A stretch of DNA of 63,050 bases, counting the filler, from Octopus bimaculoides (lineage: Eukaryota): assembly GCF_001194135.2 (NCBI RefSeq). It is 8 parts of 8 records of this genome, joined end to end, with 100 filler letters (N's around TTAATTAATTAA, not from the genome) between each part and the next. Parts side by side here need not be neighbours in the genome. Positions count along the whole stretch, not along the records: positions 23,418 to 38,246 come from NC_068990.1; 7 more parts are not named here. One strand, given 5' to 3'. Every line of letters begins with the position of its first letter. Positions within the stretch are counted from its first letter, which is position 1. A program made the translations under genes and the position numbers. The notes under the pieces were generated by a model. That model saw nothing but the letters and a program-made list of their open reading frames with translations, was not told where the DNA came from and ran no database searches. Positions 27,068-38,246 of this stretch are shown one piece after another.

Positions 27068-27669
27068 NNNNNNNNNNNNNNNNNNNNNNNNNNNNNNNNN
27101 NNNNNNNNNNNNNNNNNNNNNNNNNNNNNNNNNNNNNNNNNNNNNNNNNNNNNNNNNNNNNNNNNNNNNNNNNNNNNNNNNNNNNNNNNNNNNNNNNNNN
27201 NNNNNNNNNNNNNNNNNNNNNNNNNNNNNNNNNNNNNNNNNNNNNNNNNNNNNNNNNNNNNNNNNNNNNNNNNNNNNNNNNNNNNNNNNNNNNNNNNNNN
27301 NNNNNNNNNNNNNNNNNNNNNNNNNNNNNNNNNNNNNNNNNNNNNNNNNNNNNNNNNNNNNNNNNNNNNNNNNNNNNNNNNNNNNNNNNNNNNNNNNNNN
27401 NNNNNNNNNNNNNNNNNNNNNNNNNNNNNNNNNNNNNNNNNNNNNNNNNNNNNNNNNNNNNNNNNNNNNNNNNNNNNNNNNNNNNNNNNNNNNNNNNNNN
27501 NNNNNNNNNNNNNNNNNNNNNNNNNNNNNNNNNNNNNNNNNNNNNNNNNNNNNNNNNNNNNNNNNNNNNNNNNNNNNNNNNNNNNNNNNNNNNNNNNNNN
27601 NNNNNNNNNNNNNNNNNNNNNNNNNNNNNNNNNNNNNNNNNNNNNNNNNNNNNNNNNNNNNNNNNNNNA

Positions 27670-27910
27670 GTAGGTGCCTTAGGTATAATAAAAAGATATT
27701 CAGACAAATACATAACAAAAACACCAGGACTTACAAATATATATAACTTACAGAAAATTGCACTACTGAGCACTGCACACATCCTACGCAAAACACTTTC
27801 AATACAGTAACCATAAGAGCATCACAGCAAACCACAGCACATACCCAAGGCACACAGAGCTGCGCTCGGTAGTGAAGTGAAAGCACGTTATAAAAATAAA
27901 ACTACTGAAC

Positions 27911-27955
<45 letters not shown>
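27670..27955 (+). mobile_element. R4/Dong-clade 3' end
   Basis: VGALGIIKRYSDKYITKTPGLTNIYNLQKIALLSTAHILRKTLSIQ*, a 3' UTR and an (AAT)n tail. Nearly identical to 49160-49345. Confidence 0.88.
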
Positions 27956-27956
<1 letters not shown>

Positions 27957-28667
27957 GCAACAACAACAATGGTAAAAAATGGCAGAAGAGCCAAAAAATT
28001 TATAGGAAGAAGTCATGAAGAACTGCTGATCTGCTATACATAGACAGCACAATAGGAAGGAAGAATTTAGCTGTTGGATGGATAGGTTAAAGGAAAGCCT
28101 ACGACTATGTCCCACACAGCTGGTTCTTGGAACGTCTGAGAACGCTCGGAGTCTACTTTTTTGGAGTAAGCAATGAGAGAACGGGAGCTAGAACTGACAT
28201 GCGCAAATGAGTCGCGAGGTAACGTGAAAAAACGAAGGGCATTTTCCAAGGAGGCCTTTGAGTTACTGATACTTATTTTATCGACCCCGGCGGATTTGAA
28301 CTCAGAAAATAAAGACGGGTAAAATGCCGCTTATAATTGTTTCAAATGTTGGCAGAAGGCCAGCAATTCTCCCTCTCTTTTTTTCCAGCTTTACTTTGCC
28401 GCCTCTGCCTCCGTTAGCTTTCTTATTTCTATAACCTTATAATTCTGTCTCTCTCACTTTCCTACTCATATTTTGTTTTGTTTTTTCCACTCGTTTTTCA
28501 TCTTCTCTCCCTGTGTTTCTAACACACACACACACACCCACAGCCATACACACACACAAGAAACTAAGCTTGTATTCTTTCCTTCGTTATTTCATTTGAT
28601 ACTTATCGTCTTTTCCCGGCACACTCTGTTACATCTGCTTTCTTTCCTTGCAATGAAGAGTGTTCTC

Positions 28668-28725
<58 letters not shown>

Positions 28726-28741
28726 TAATAATAATAATAAA

Positions 28742-29295
28742 TGCCCGGATGCAGTACCAAGCAGTGGCTCTCATGGCTTCTGATCTTGATTGATCGGAAG
28801 TGTTATCATGTACATTGTTTTGTCTTGGTATAAAAGATAGGCTACAGCAAATATTCTGCTTAATACCACAGATTTGCTTGTCAGTTGTTTGACCTTAACC
28901 AGTTGAACATGTCCCTTGGTGGCTGACGATATGTGCATCTCTGACCATGAGCAGAAGTAGTGGGGAGCATCATAGCCATGTGTTAAGAGGAATTCTTTGG
29001 GGTTTGAATAATTCACCTTTGGAAACATGGGTGTTTTGCTCAACATCCTTAAACGAACCTTATTCATGGACCTTTTGAGCGGGATGGGCTACTCAACCTG
29101 ATGAAAATTCTAACTGGGCCCCACCTATGAGGTCATGCGCTGTTTATCTTGATATGAGATCACCATATCGCGCACATATGGTTGTGATGCATGTGCCTGG
29201 TGTACCCTTATCAGACGGGTAGTCATGATGGGTGTAATGGGCTTCGTATATTTTACCCCAGTGTCACTTTGATAGCATGCACTGCTCTCTCACTC
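28742..29295 (+). mobile_element. ~555-bp element, full-length copy 2, embedded in (AAT)n on both sides
   Basis: Colinear with 1747-2300. (AAT)n at ~28670-28741 and 29296-29345. Confidence 0.88.
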
Positions 29296-29346
<51 letters not shown>

Positions 29347-29960
29347 CCTTTCTATTAAAGGCACCAGTCCTGAAATTTGCGGGGAGGGGACTAGTCGATT
29401 AAACCGACCGCAGTGTTCCACTGGTACGTAATGTATCGATCCTGAAAGGATGAAAGGCAAAATTGACCTCGGTGGAATTTGAACTCAGAACGTAGCTACG
29501 GGCGAAATACCGCTAAGCATGATGACGATGATGATGATGATGATGATGACGACGACGATGACAATGATGATGATGATGATGATAGGGTGGTGATGGTGGG
29601 AGGTGGTGTGAAGTGGCAGCATTGACGATGGCACTGTCAAGCATAAACAGGGGGGGGGGGGGGTAGGAGAAAAAAAAGAGAAATAGGAAAGTGTTAAAAC
29701 AAAATAAATGAAAGTATAATAATAAAAAAATGGAAGAAAGAAAAGTTGAAAAGGAAAAACTAAAGGTAAAACGAATGAATGAAAATAAAAAGACGAAAAT
29801 ATTTTCTCAGACACAAGTAAAAGAGTGTAGATGTATTGATTGATTGATTCTTATGAGTCCATAAAAGTATATTCTTGCCTCTGGTGGTCTCAGAGAAATA
29901 GTTTCGGAATCTACTCTCAACTTGCCGGTAAAATTATGTGTGTGTGTATGTGTATGTGCT

Positions 29961-30044
<84 letters not shown>

Positions 30045-30105
30045 TACGTAAAAACAGTGAGAGAGAAGTAGTGATGTTGATAAAGACAATTAAGCTACAC
30101 ACGCA

Positions 30106-30149
<44 letters not shown>

Positions 30150-30327
30150 AGTGGTGTTATGAGCATTTATAGAACACATATCCTATAGAAACTCAACAAA
30201 CAANNNNNNNNNNNNNNNNNNNNNNNNNNNNNNNNNNNNNNNNNNNNNNNNNNNNNNNNNNNNNNNNNNNNNNNNNNNNNNNNNNNNNNNNNNNNNNNNN
30301 NNNATTTATTAATTGATTACAATCATA

Positions 30328-31878
30328 TGTATAAGTAATCAAAATAAACAAATTAAAATAACAAATAAATGAATAACAATAAATGAGTGAACAAATACTA
30401 AACTCTTACAGCTGTTTCTACTATAGGGTTGCCCAATCTGCCAAGTTTTCCATATCACGCTAGTAATATACAGGGATTGTACAAAGTTTGAACAAACATT
30501 GGACAGGGGCTGGACAATGATTGAGTCCCAAAGCTTCATCAGAGATACCATGATGTTAGGGATCTAACATGAGGAAGTAAGATAAAATAATAAAATACAA
30601 TAATAACATAATAGAAATAGTAAGGAATGGTAAAAACGTCAATTCCAAGATGATATCCATAAGCCATGGGATTCCATCTTATGGTAAAGAAAGTCACTTC
30701 CAGGAGTAATTTCCACAGGTTATGAGAGTTACATCGTATTCCAATTTTATTGGGGGAAATAGCGAGGGTAAGACGTTATGGAGTGAGTTTCATGGGATGA
30801 TCCATATCACAGGGGCCAGAAGTTAAAGGCTAACTGCTATTTAATAGAGCAACATAAAAGGAATTGACAAAGTTAACTTAATGTGAACTTGTTTGGGGAA
30901 ATCAATACAGAAGTATATCAATGAACGAATAATTTGGGTAAAACCTTAGTGCGATGTTATTGCTTATTACTTATTAACAAAGTCCTCATCCTAATACCCC
31001 TATGAAGAATAGGGTGAGGCCAAAGTTAACCCTACAACTTAATTGGTCCGCTAATATTTGAAAACTATGGCGTTGTTCAGGTCCGTTAAATCTAACAATA
31101 AAATACAAGACAAGTAAAAACAAAAAATAAAAATATCGAAGGAATGAATTGTCTCACTTAATGAGTGGGCGATGGATAGTACTTACGGTTATAGATATAG
31201 TATTTTTTAATGAATATATTTAAGATATATATGAAATTTACAAGTAATTATCTGTGCGAGAAAAATAAAGAACGAAGCAATTAGTGGAAAGATAAACACT
31301 TCTGAACTCTAGCAGAGTGAGGAGCCGATTAGTACATTAACGTATTAAAATGCAGAGAGAAATTATGCACTAAAGTAAGATTTAGGAAATATTATTCCGT
31401 TATTGATAGATCTAAGTTATAATTTCAAATTTACAAGCAATTATTCGTTCATTGATATAATTCTATATTGATTTCCCCAAACAAGTTCACACTAAGTTAA
31501 CTTTGTCAATTCCTTTTATGTTGCCCTATTAAATAGGAGTTAGCCTCTAACTTTTGACCCCTGTGATATGGACCATCCCATTAAACTCACTCCACAACGT
31601 CTTACCCTCGCTATTTCTCCCAGTAAAATTGGAATACTATGTAACTCCCATAACCTGTGGAAATTACTCCTGGAAGTGACTTTCTTTACCATAAGATGTA
31701 ATCCCATGGCTTATGGATATCACCTTGGGAATTGACGTTTTCACCATTCCTTACTATTTCTATTATACAGTTCTATGTTTAAGACATGAGGAATTATGTA
31801 TAGCCACGGGCATATGGCGTAGTGGTTAAGAGAGCGGGATACTAACTCCAAGATTCCGAGTTCGATTCCAGGCAGTGA

Positions 31879-31925
<47 letters not shown>

Positions 31926-32353
31926 GTAATAATAACAATAACAACAACATCGAAAAATACCTTAGAAATGAGAACCCATGTTCGAAATTTCCCCAAGACA
32001 CCTGATGAAGGCTGGAGGGTATATCGGCCGAAACAAACAAGATGAGGACAAATATCCGTCAAATGTAAATAATGTAAATAACGTATTTCTATTATGTTAT
32101 TATTTTATTTTATTATTTTATCTTACTTCCTCGCATTGTCCAACCCCTGTCCAATGTTTGTTCAACCTTTGTATAATCCCTGCATATTACTGGTGTGACG
32201 TAGAAAACTTGGCAGATTGGGCAACCTCATAGTAAAAACAGTTGTAAGTGCTTAGTATTTGTTCACTCATTTATTCTTATTCATTTATTTTTTTTTTATT
32301 TATTAACTTACTTGTTTATTTGCTTATTTCATTTGTTTATTTTAATTACTTAT
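30328..32353. repeat. Large inverted repeat (arms 30328-30938 and 31436-32353, spacer ~500 bp)
   Basis: Arms are reverse complements over ~560 bp, roughly 85-90% identical by eye. The right arm carries a 329-bp insertion. Confidence 0.92.
31767..32095 (+). mobile_element. tRNA-headed, hammerhead-tailed short element, copy 1
   Basis: 12-bp TSD TATTTCTATTAT (31755-31766 / 32084-32095). Inverted tail fragment 31767-31797, tRNA-like head from 31809 (A box TGGCGTAGTGG, B box GTTCGATTCC), (AAT)n, then a tail with GACAC-CTGATGA..CCGAAAC and stem III/I deleted. Confidence 0.85.
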
Positions 32354-32354
32354 A

Positions 32355-32728
32355 GGAGTGGCTGTGTGGTAAGTAGCTAGCTTACCAACCACATAGTCCC
32401 GGGTTCAGTCCCACTGCGTGGCATCTTGGGCAAGTGTCTTCTACTATAGCCTCGGGCCGACCAAAGCCTTGTGAGTGGATTTGGTAGACGGAAACTGAAA
32501 GAAGCCTGTCGTATATATGTATATATATATATGTATGTGTGTGTTTGTCCCCCCTATCATCGCTTGACAACCGATGCTGGTGTGTTTACGTCCCCGTAAC
32601 TTAGCGGTTCGGCAAAAGCGATCGATAGAATAAGTACTAGGCTTCTAAAGAACAAGTCCTGGGGTCGATTTGCTCAACTAAAGGCGGTGCTCCAGCATGG
32701 CCGCAGTCAAAAAGACTGAAACAAGTAA
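32355..32728 (+). mobile_element. tRNA-derived SINE family A (near full-length copy)
   Basis: Head GGAGTGGCTGTGTGGTAAG..GGTTCAGTCCC, internal microsatellite, tail ..GGTGCTCCAGCATGGCCGCAGTC..ACTGAAACAAG. More than 12 copies/fragments, e.g. 10918-11085, 15080-15230, 19740-20080, 26875-27035, 35880-36290, 38815-39010, 52780-53115, 56690-56880. Confidence 0.88.
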
Positions 32729-34170
32729 NNNNNNNNNNNNNNNNNNNNNNNNNNNNNNNNNNNNNNNNNNNNNNNNNNNNNNNNNNNNNNNNNNNNNNNN
32801 NNNNNNNNNNNNNNNNNNNNNNNNNNNNNNNNNNNNNNNNNNNNNNNNNNNNNNNNNNNNNNNNNNNNNNNNNNNNNNNNNNNNNNNNNNNNNNNNNNNN
32901 NNNNNNNNNNNNNNNNNNNNNNNNNNNNNNNNNNNNNNNNNNNNNNNNNNNNNNNNNNNNNNNNNNNNNNNNNNNNNNNNNNNNNNNNNNNNNNNNNNNN
33001 NNNNNNNNNNNNNNNNNNNNNNNNNNNNNNNNNNNNNNNNNNNNNNNNNNNNNNNNNNNNNNNNNNNNNNNNNNNNNNNNNNNNNNNNNNNNNNNNNNNN
33101 NNNNNNNNNNNNNNNNNNNNNNNNNNNNNNNNNNNNNNNNNNNNNNNNNNNNNNNNNNNNNNNNNNNNNNNNNNNNNNNNNNNNNNNNNNNNNNNNNNNN
33201 NNNNNNNNNNNNNNNNNNNNNNNNNNNNNNNNNNNNNNNNNNNNNNNNNNNNNNNNNNNNNNNNNNNNNNNNNNNNNNNNNNNNNNNNNNNNNNNNNNNN
33301 NNNNNNNNNNNNNNNNNNNNNNNNNNNNNNNNNNNNNNNNNNNNNNNNNNNNNNNNNNNNNNNNNNNNNNNNNNNNNNNNNNNNNNNNNNNNNNNNNNNN
33401 NNNNNNNNNNNNNNNNNNNNNNNNNNNNNNNNNNNNNNNNNNNNNNNNNNNNNNNNNNNNNNNNNNNNNNNNNNNNNNNNNNNNNNNNNNNNNNNNNNNN
33501 NNNNNNNNNNNNNNCGTACGCCGCTATACTTTATATATAAAAAAATACTAAAATGGAACAAGAACGCAAAACATCCAGACAGACAATACAAAGAAAACAA
33601 GGACGGGTCATCCGTAGTTTTCTATCCTCAGTCGAGTTCCAGATCATCTTTGCAATTTTGGCTGGTTATACTCGAGATTGCTCCAATTTGGCCAGCCCCA
33701 AGGAAAAACTAAGCTAAGAGCATTAGAATTCTTGGGAGAAAGCAGCGAATGTATACGAAAACAAGAACGAAAAAAGAACGGAGAAATGTTACACAAATAC
33801 AAATGCAATTAACAAGACATAACAACAGGTGTCTTTCGACTAAGGACGAATTAAATTAAAGCTGGTGCGTGTGGAAGTAAAGCCTTACGGCAGGGACATA
33901 GGATTTAACAAGCACAGGGAGGAATATAGATGTTGCACAGATGGTAGTAGAACCAAGAAAGAAAAGTCAGGCTTGACCGAACACAGGTTACGTGGGGAGA
34001 GAAGAGAGAGAGGTAGAAGCAGAGGGATAGAAGAATTAAGGAGGGGCAAGAAAAATGAAAGTGACACAGTGAAGTGCAAGAGGAGGGAAAGTGAGCATGA
34101 ATAGAAGGCCAGGAAATGTGAGAGAGCGAGAACGAAAGAACGAAGAGTAGAATGGACGAACTGTATCTCT

Positions 34171-35139
34171 TTCATTGTTACCACTTGCATATTTACATAC
34201 GTAAATATCCGCAATTCATCAGTGTGACCATCATAGCAAAATATAATTTGCAGAACTATAGACGAGACGTCCACGTGAGATTAAACATGCATATAGTTTT
34301 GCCAATTATATTTAGGCGTATATATTCAATTTTTTACCCTTATTATTTTTTAAATTTAAATAGCCATGTTCTCTAACCGGCAGGATTCACTGCAGAAAAT
34401 AATTTTCTGCAGAATTATTTCCAGTTTTTGGCGCACCAAAACGAAGACATTTGAAATATGCCCCCAAATATATTTGGCAAAACTATATGCCTGTTCAATC
34501 TCGTGTGGACATCTCGTGTATAGTTCTGCAGATTATATATTTTACTATGACAGTCACATTGATGAATTGCGTACATTTACGTATGTAAATATGTAAGTGG
34601 TAACAATGAAACCTGCTATGTGACTAATCATTATATTTTGTATCCTTTCATTTGTCTTGCTCGCTTACGTTCTGGCGTTTGCTGAATTTTCTTGAAAACA
34701 ATCTTTTCTTAGTGGTCGGATCATATGGGGTCTACATCTAGCATAATGGATGTCCACTTAGTTGTCATCCCTCTTATATGTATATAATATAATTTTTCTG
34801 AATCTTCAGATTTTTTCAATTAATATTCATTTTGTTACCCTTATTAAACATGTAAGTGGTAAGAATGAAACCTGCTATGTGCCTAATCATTATATTTTGT
34901 ATCTTTTCATTTGTCTTGCTCGCTTAGGTTCTGGCGCTTGCTGAATTTTCTTGAGAACAATCTTTTTTTAGTGGTCAGACCTTATGGGGTCTAAATCTAG
35001 CATATTGGATGTCCACTTAGTGGCCATCCCTCTTATATGTATGTAATATAATTTTTCTGAATCTTCAGATTTTTTCAATGTGCCACGCCACTGGTTTAAA
35101 TTGATATTAATCAAATTAATATTCAATTTTTTACCCTTA

Positions 35140-35143
<4 letters not shown>
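34171..35143. repeat. Composite repeat: ~135-bp inverted arms (34171-34305 / 34474-34610) joined to a 259-bp tandem duplication (from 34591 and 34850)
   Basis: Direct by-eye alignment. Confidence 0.85.
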
Positions 35144-35174
<31 letters not shown>

Positions 35175-35177
35175 CAA

Positions 35178-35492
35178 AAGACCCCTTCGGTCATGAATGA
35201 CCATGGGATTGCAGTTAGAAAGTTACCCTCCGAGGCACAAGTCCGGACAAGAGTGTTTATGGGAAGCCTGCAGTCGACCAGGTATACCATCCTTCCCTCT
35301 CCACACCACTGATTTTATCCAAGGGAAAGGCAAAGGCCGTTACAGCTCGGCACAGTGACATCACAACTCATTTCTACATCTGAGTGAACTGGCCCAACGG
35401 GAAATAAAGTGTTTTGCTCAAGAACACAACACACGGCTTTGTCCGGGAATCGAACTCACTACCTCATGATTGTAAGTCCGACGCTCTAACCA
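35178..35492 (-). mobile_element. tRNA-derived CORE-like SINE family C
   Basis: Minus strand: GGTTAGAGCG..GTTCGATTCCCGG head, then GTGTTCTTGAGCAAAACACTTTATTTC..AGTTCACTCAG.TGTAGAAATGAG. Second copy at 56228-56552, fragment at ~6090-6180. Confidence 0.8.
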
Positions 35493-35525
35493 CACACACT
35501 ACGCACGCGCGCACGCACACACTCA

Positions 35526-35562
<37 letters not shown>

Positions 35563-37161
35563 ACACACATATATATAAATTGTATAACAAAAGATTCCTG
35601 CAGGTGATATCTCAGTGGCTGCGTGGTACGAAGTTTGCTTCTCAACCACCTTGATTCCCGGTTCAGTCCCATTACCTGTCTCTTTGAGCAAGTGTCTTCT
35701 ATTATAGCCCGGGACAGTCGAAAATCTTGTAAATGAATTTGGTAGGCGGAGACTGAAAGCCTGTCGTATGTATATCGTGTATGTGTGTGTTTGTTCCCCA
35801 CCACCGTGAAGTCTTCGGTGTAATGAGTTGTCTCGCATGTTTGTCCAAATAGATAAAATATTGTCATTGATCAAAATATCTTTTTATTTTTTTTAATTGC
35901 TTACTTGTTTCACTCATCAGACAGCGACCTTGCCGGAACGCTGCATTGAAGAATTTTAGTCGAATGAATCGAATCGACCTCATTGCTTTTTTTTTTTTTT
36001 TTGTATGCTTGATACTTATTTTATCTCTGTCTCTGGCCGATCGCTATGTTACGCTGACGTAAACAAACCAACACAGTCATCAAGCGGTGTTGGGGACAAA
36101 ACACGATTCAAAGACACACACACATATATATTATATACGACGGGCTTCTTTCAGTCTCCGTCTACCAAATCCACTCACAACGCTTTGATCAGTCCCAAGC
36201 TATAGTAGAAGACACTTGCACAGGTTGCCATGCAGTGGGACTGAACCCGGAACCATGTGGTTGGGATGCAAACTTCTTAGCACACCACACACCCACACTA
36301 ACACCTTTTTTTGTGCGAGGGGGTTGTTTTCCTCGTCGCCTGATTCCTATTATTATATTTTTAATTTATTTGTTAGCTTTTTAATGCTCCGTGAATTACA
36401 TATAATACAGCTATCTCAATATCTTCACAATTAACTATTTCAGTTTCTTTTAGAAAATCGAAACATTTGTTTTTCTTGCTTTGTCTTGCTAAGTAGCCAC
36501 TGATAGCTTCTGTAAAACATTTTCGAGCAGACTGAATCCATTGAAGAATAGTGGAAATATTAACAAGAAGATAAAGTTTCTTGGTCATATTTCAAAAGAG
36601 ACCAGCTTTAATCCTCAGTAGTATATTAGAAACTAAATGATCGTGGATTAAGGGTCACAATTTTATATGTATGATTGCCGGTCGATAACTGCTCTGGCCA
36701 ACTTTAATTGCTTTACAATTACATTGTGATTTGGCAACTTTGACATTTGCAATCAATATTCCATGTAAAGTGCCATATGAGAGACCAAAGTTCAACTGAG
36801 ATATATTCCCGCTTATGATTGTCATTGACATCTAAACATATGTGACAGAATGGTCTCAACACACAAGGCTAAACATCCCCGTCGCCTCACACGACCGTCA
36901 AGATTACAGAACACATCACACGGGATCCAATGACGAGAAGGAGGCGGTCCGACGTGGGCATCACAGCTAGAAATAGTAGCTGAAACATCTTCACATCAAG
37001 CCCTTACTGCGTGTTCTTTGGTAATAAAAAGAAAATAGTTGTGGCTGAGAAAGATTAGATGGTCACAGTAATAATGTTTGATATATGTTTGATCCAACAA
37101 CAACAATGACATCAGAAACTAATCTATAATGAATCTCCATCCTACTGAATGTACACCAGAA

Positions 37162-37211
<50 letters not shown>

Positions 37212-37832
37212 CACACTTATATACACACATACACAATCACACTCACTCATACACACACATACATACACATATACATACACGTTCCCAAACAAAAACACAC
37301 ATATATACATATATACATACGTACACGTTCCGAAACAAACACACACACACACATACTTACACCCACACATATACATACATATATATACACACACGTTCCT
37401 AAACACACACATACACACACACACACACGTACACAACTACAAGCCCTCACGACTCCAGCAAAAAAATCATCTGTAATATGGGTACAAGACCATATATCTT
37501 GTGGGAAGAGTGCTATCAATTATATTGTCTCCACCCGCAATGCTTGGCTGGTACTTTTTATTTTATCGACCCCGATTAAATGAAGACAAAGTTAACATCA
37601 TGAGGCTTGAATGTAAAAGAATGAAAAGAAATGCCGTCATTTAGTTTGAAGCTCTTACAAATCTACCACTCCACCATCTTTCCATTACGGTTTCTGATTT
37701 TGGCACAAGGTAAACTACATTAAATAGGAGAGAAAAACTTGTGATTCATAAGTTGCACGCAGAACAAGGTATTTCTTTGTTTGCGGATTTCAATAAATTA
37801 CAACCTGTACTCTTGTTAGATTCTTCAACCGA

Positions 37833-37878
37833 GGTGTATAGCTTTGACTGAGGAGACACGCAATACGGTCGAAACACC
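37833..37878 (+). ncRNA. Hammerhead ribozyme core (type III fold, weak stem I)
   Basis: GGTGTA^ ..CTGAGGA GAC..GTC GAAACACC: intact CUGANGA and GAAA, stem II closing G-C, 5-bp stem III GGUGU/ACACC, GUA cleavage triplet. Confidence 0.55.
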
Positions 37879-38193
37879 ACGTTGTATTGATCGCATGCTA
37901 TGTACACTCATCTTTTTAAAGGGAGATGTTCTCCGATTGATGAAAACCAAAGGCGATCAGATCCTTTATCTTTATCTTTCACTTTTTTCCGTCATTAGAT
38001 TGCGGTCATGCTGTGCACCGCCCTGAAACATTTCTAGTCGAATGAATCGGCTCCAGTATTTGTTTTTCTAAGCCTGGTGCTTCTTCTATCGGTCTCTTGT
38101 ACCGGACCGCTGAGTTACGGGGGCATTAACACAGCAATATTTGTTGTCAAGAGGTGGTAGAGGACAAACACACACACACAAACCTACATATAC

Positions 38194-38246
<53 letters not shown>

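Noticed and set aside
31809-31882. tRNA-like sequence (also 48608, 51931, 32355)
   Set aside because: A/B boxes are present but the acceptor stem does not close and the sequence continues into repeat bodies. These are SINE heads, not tRNA genes.
33600-33720. Partial hammerhead-like words on the minus strand (GGCTGG..CCAGCC-AAAA; CTGAGGA-TA-GAAA)
   Set aside because: The core motifs and stems cannot be assembled into one fold in this copy.
34200-34250. CTGATGA followed by a long hairpin on the minus strand
   Set aside because: GAAA is not adjacent to the stem, and there is no stem I or III.
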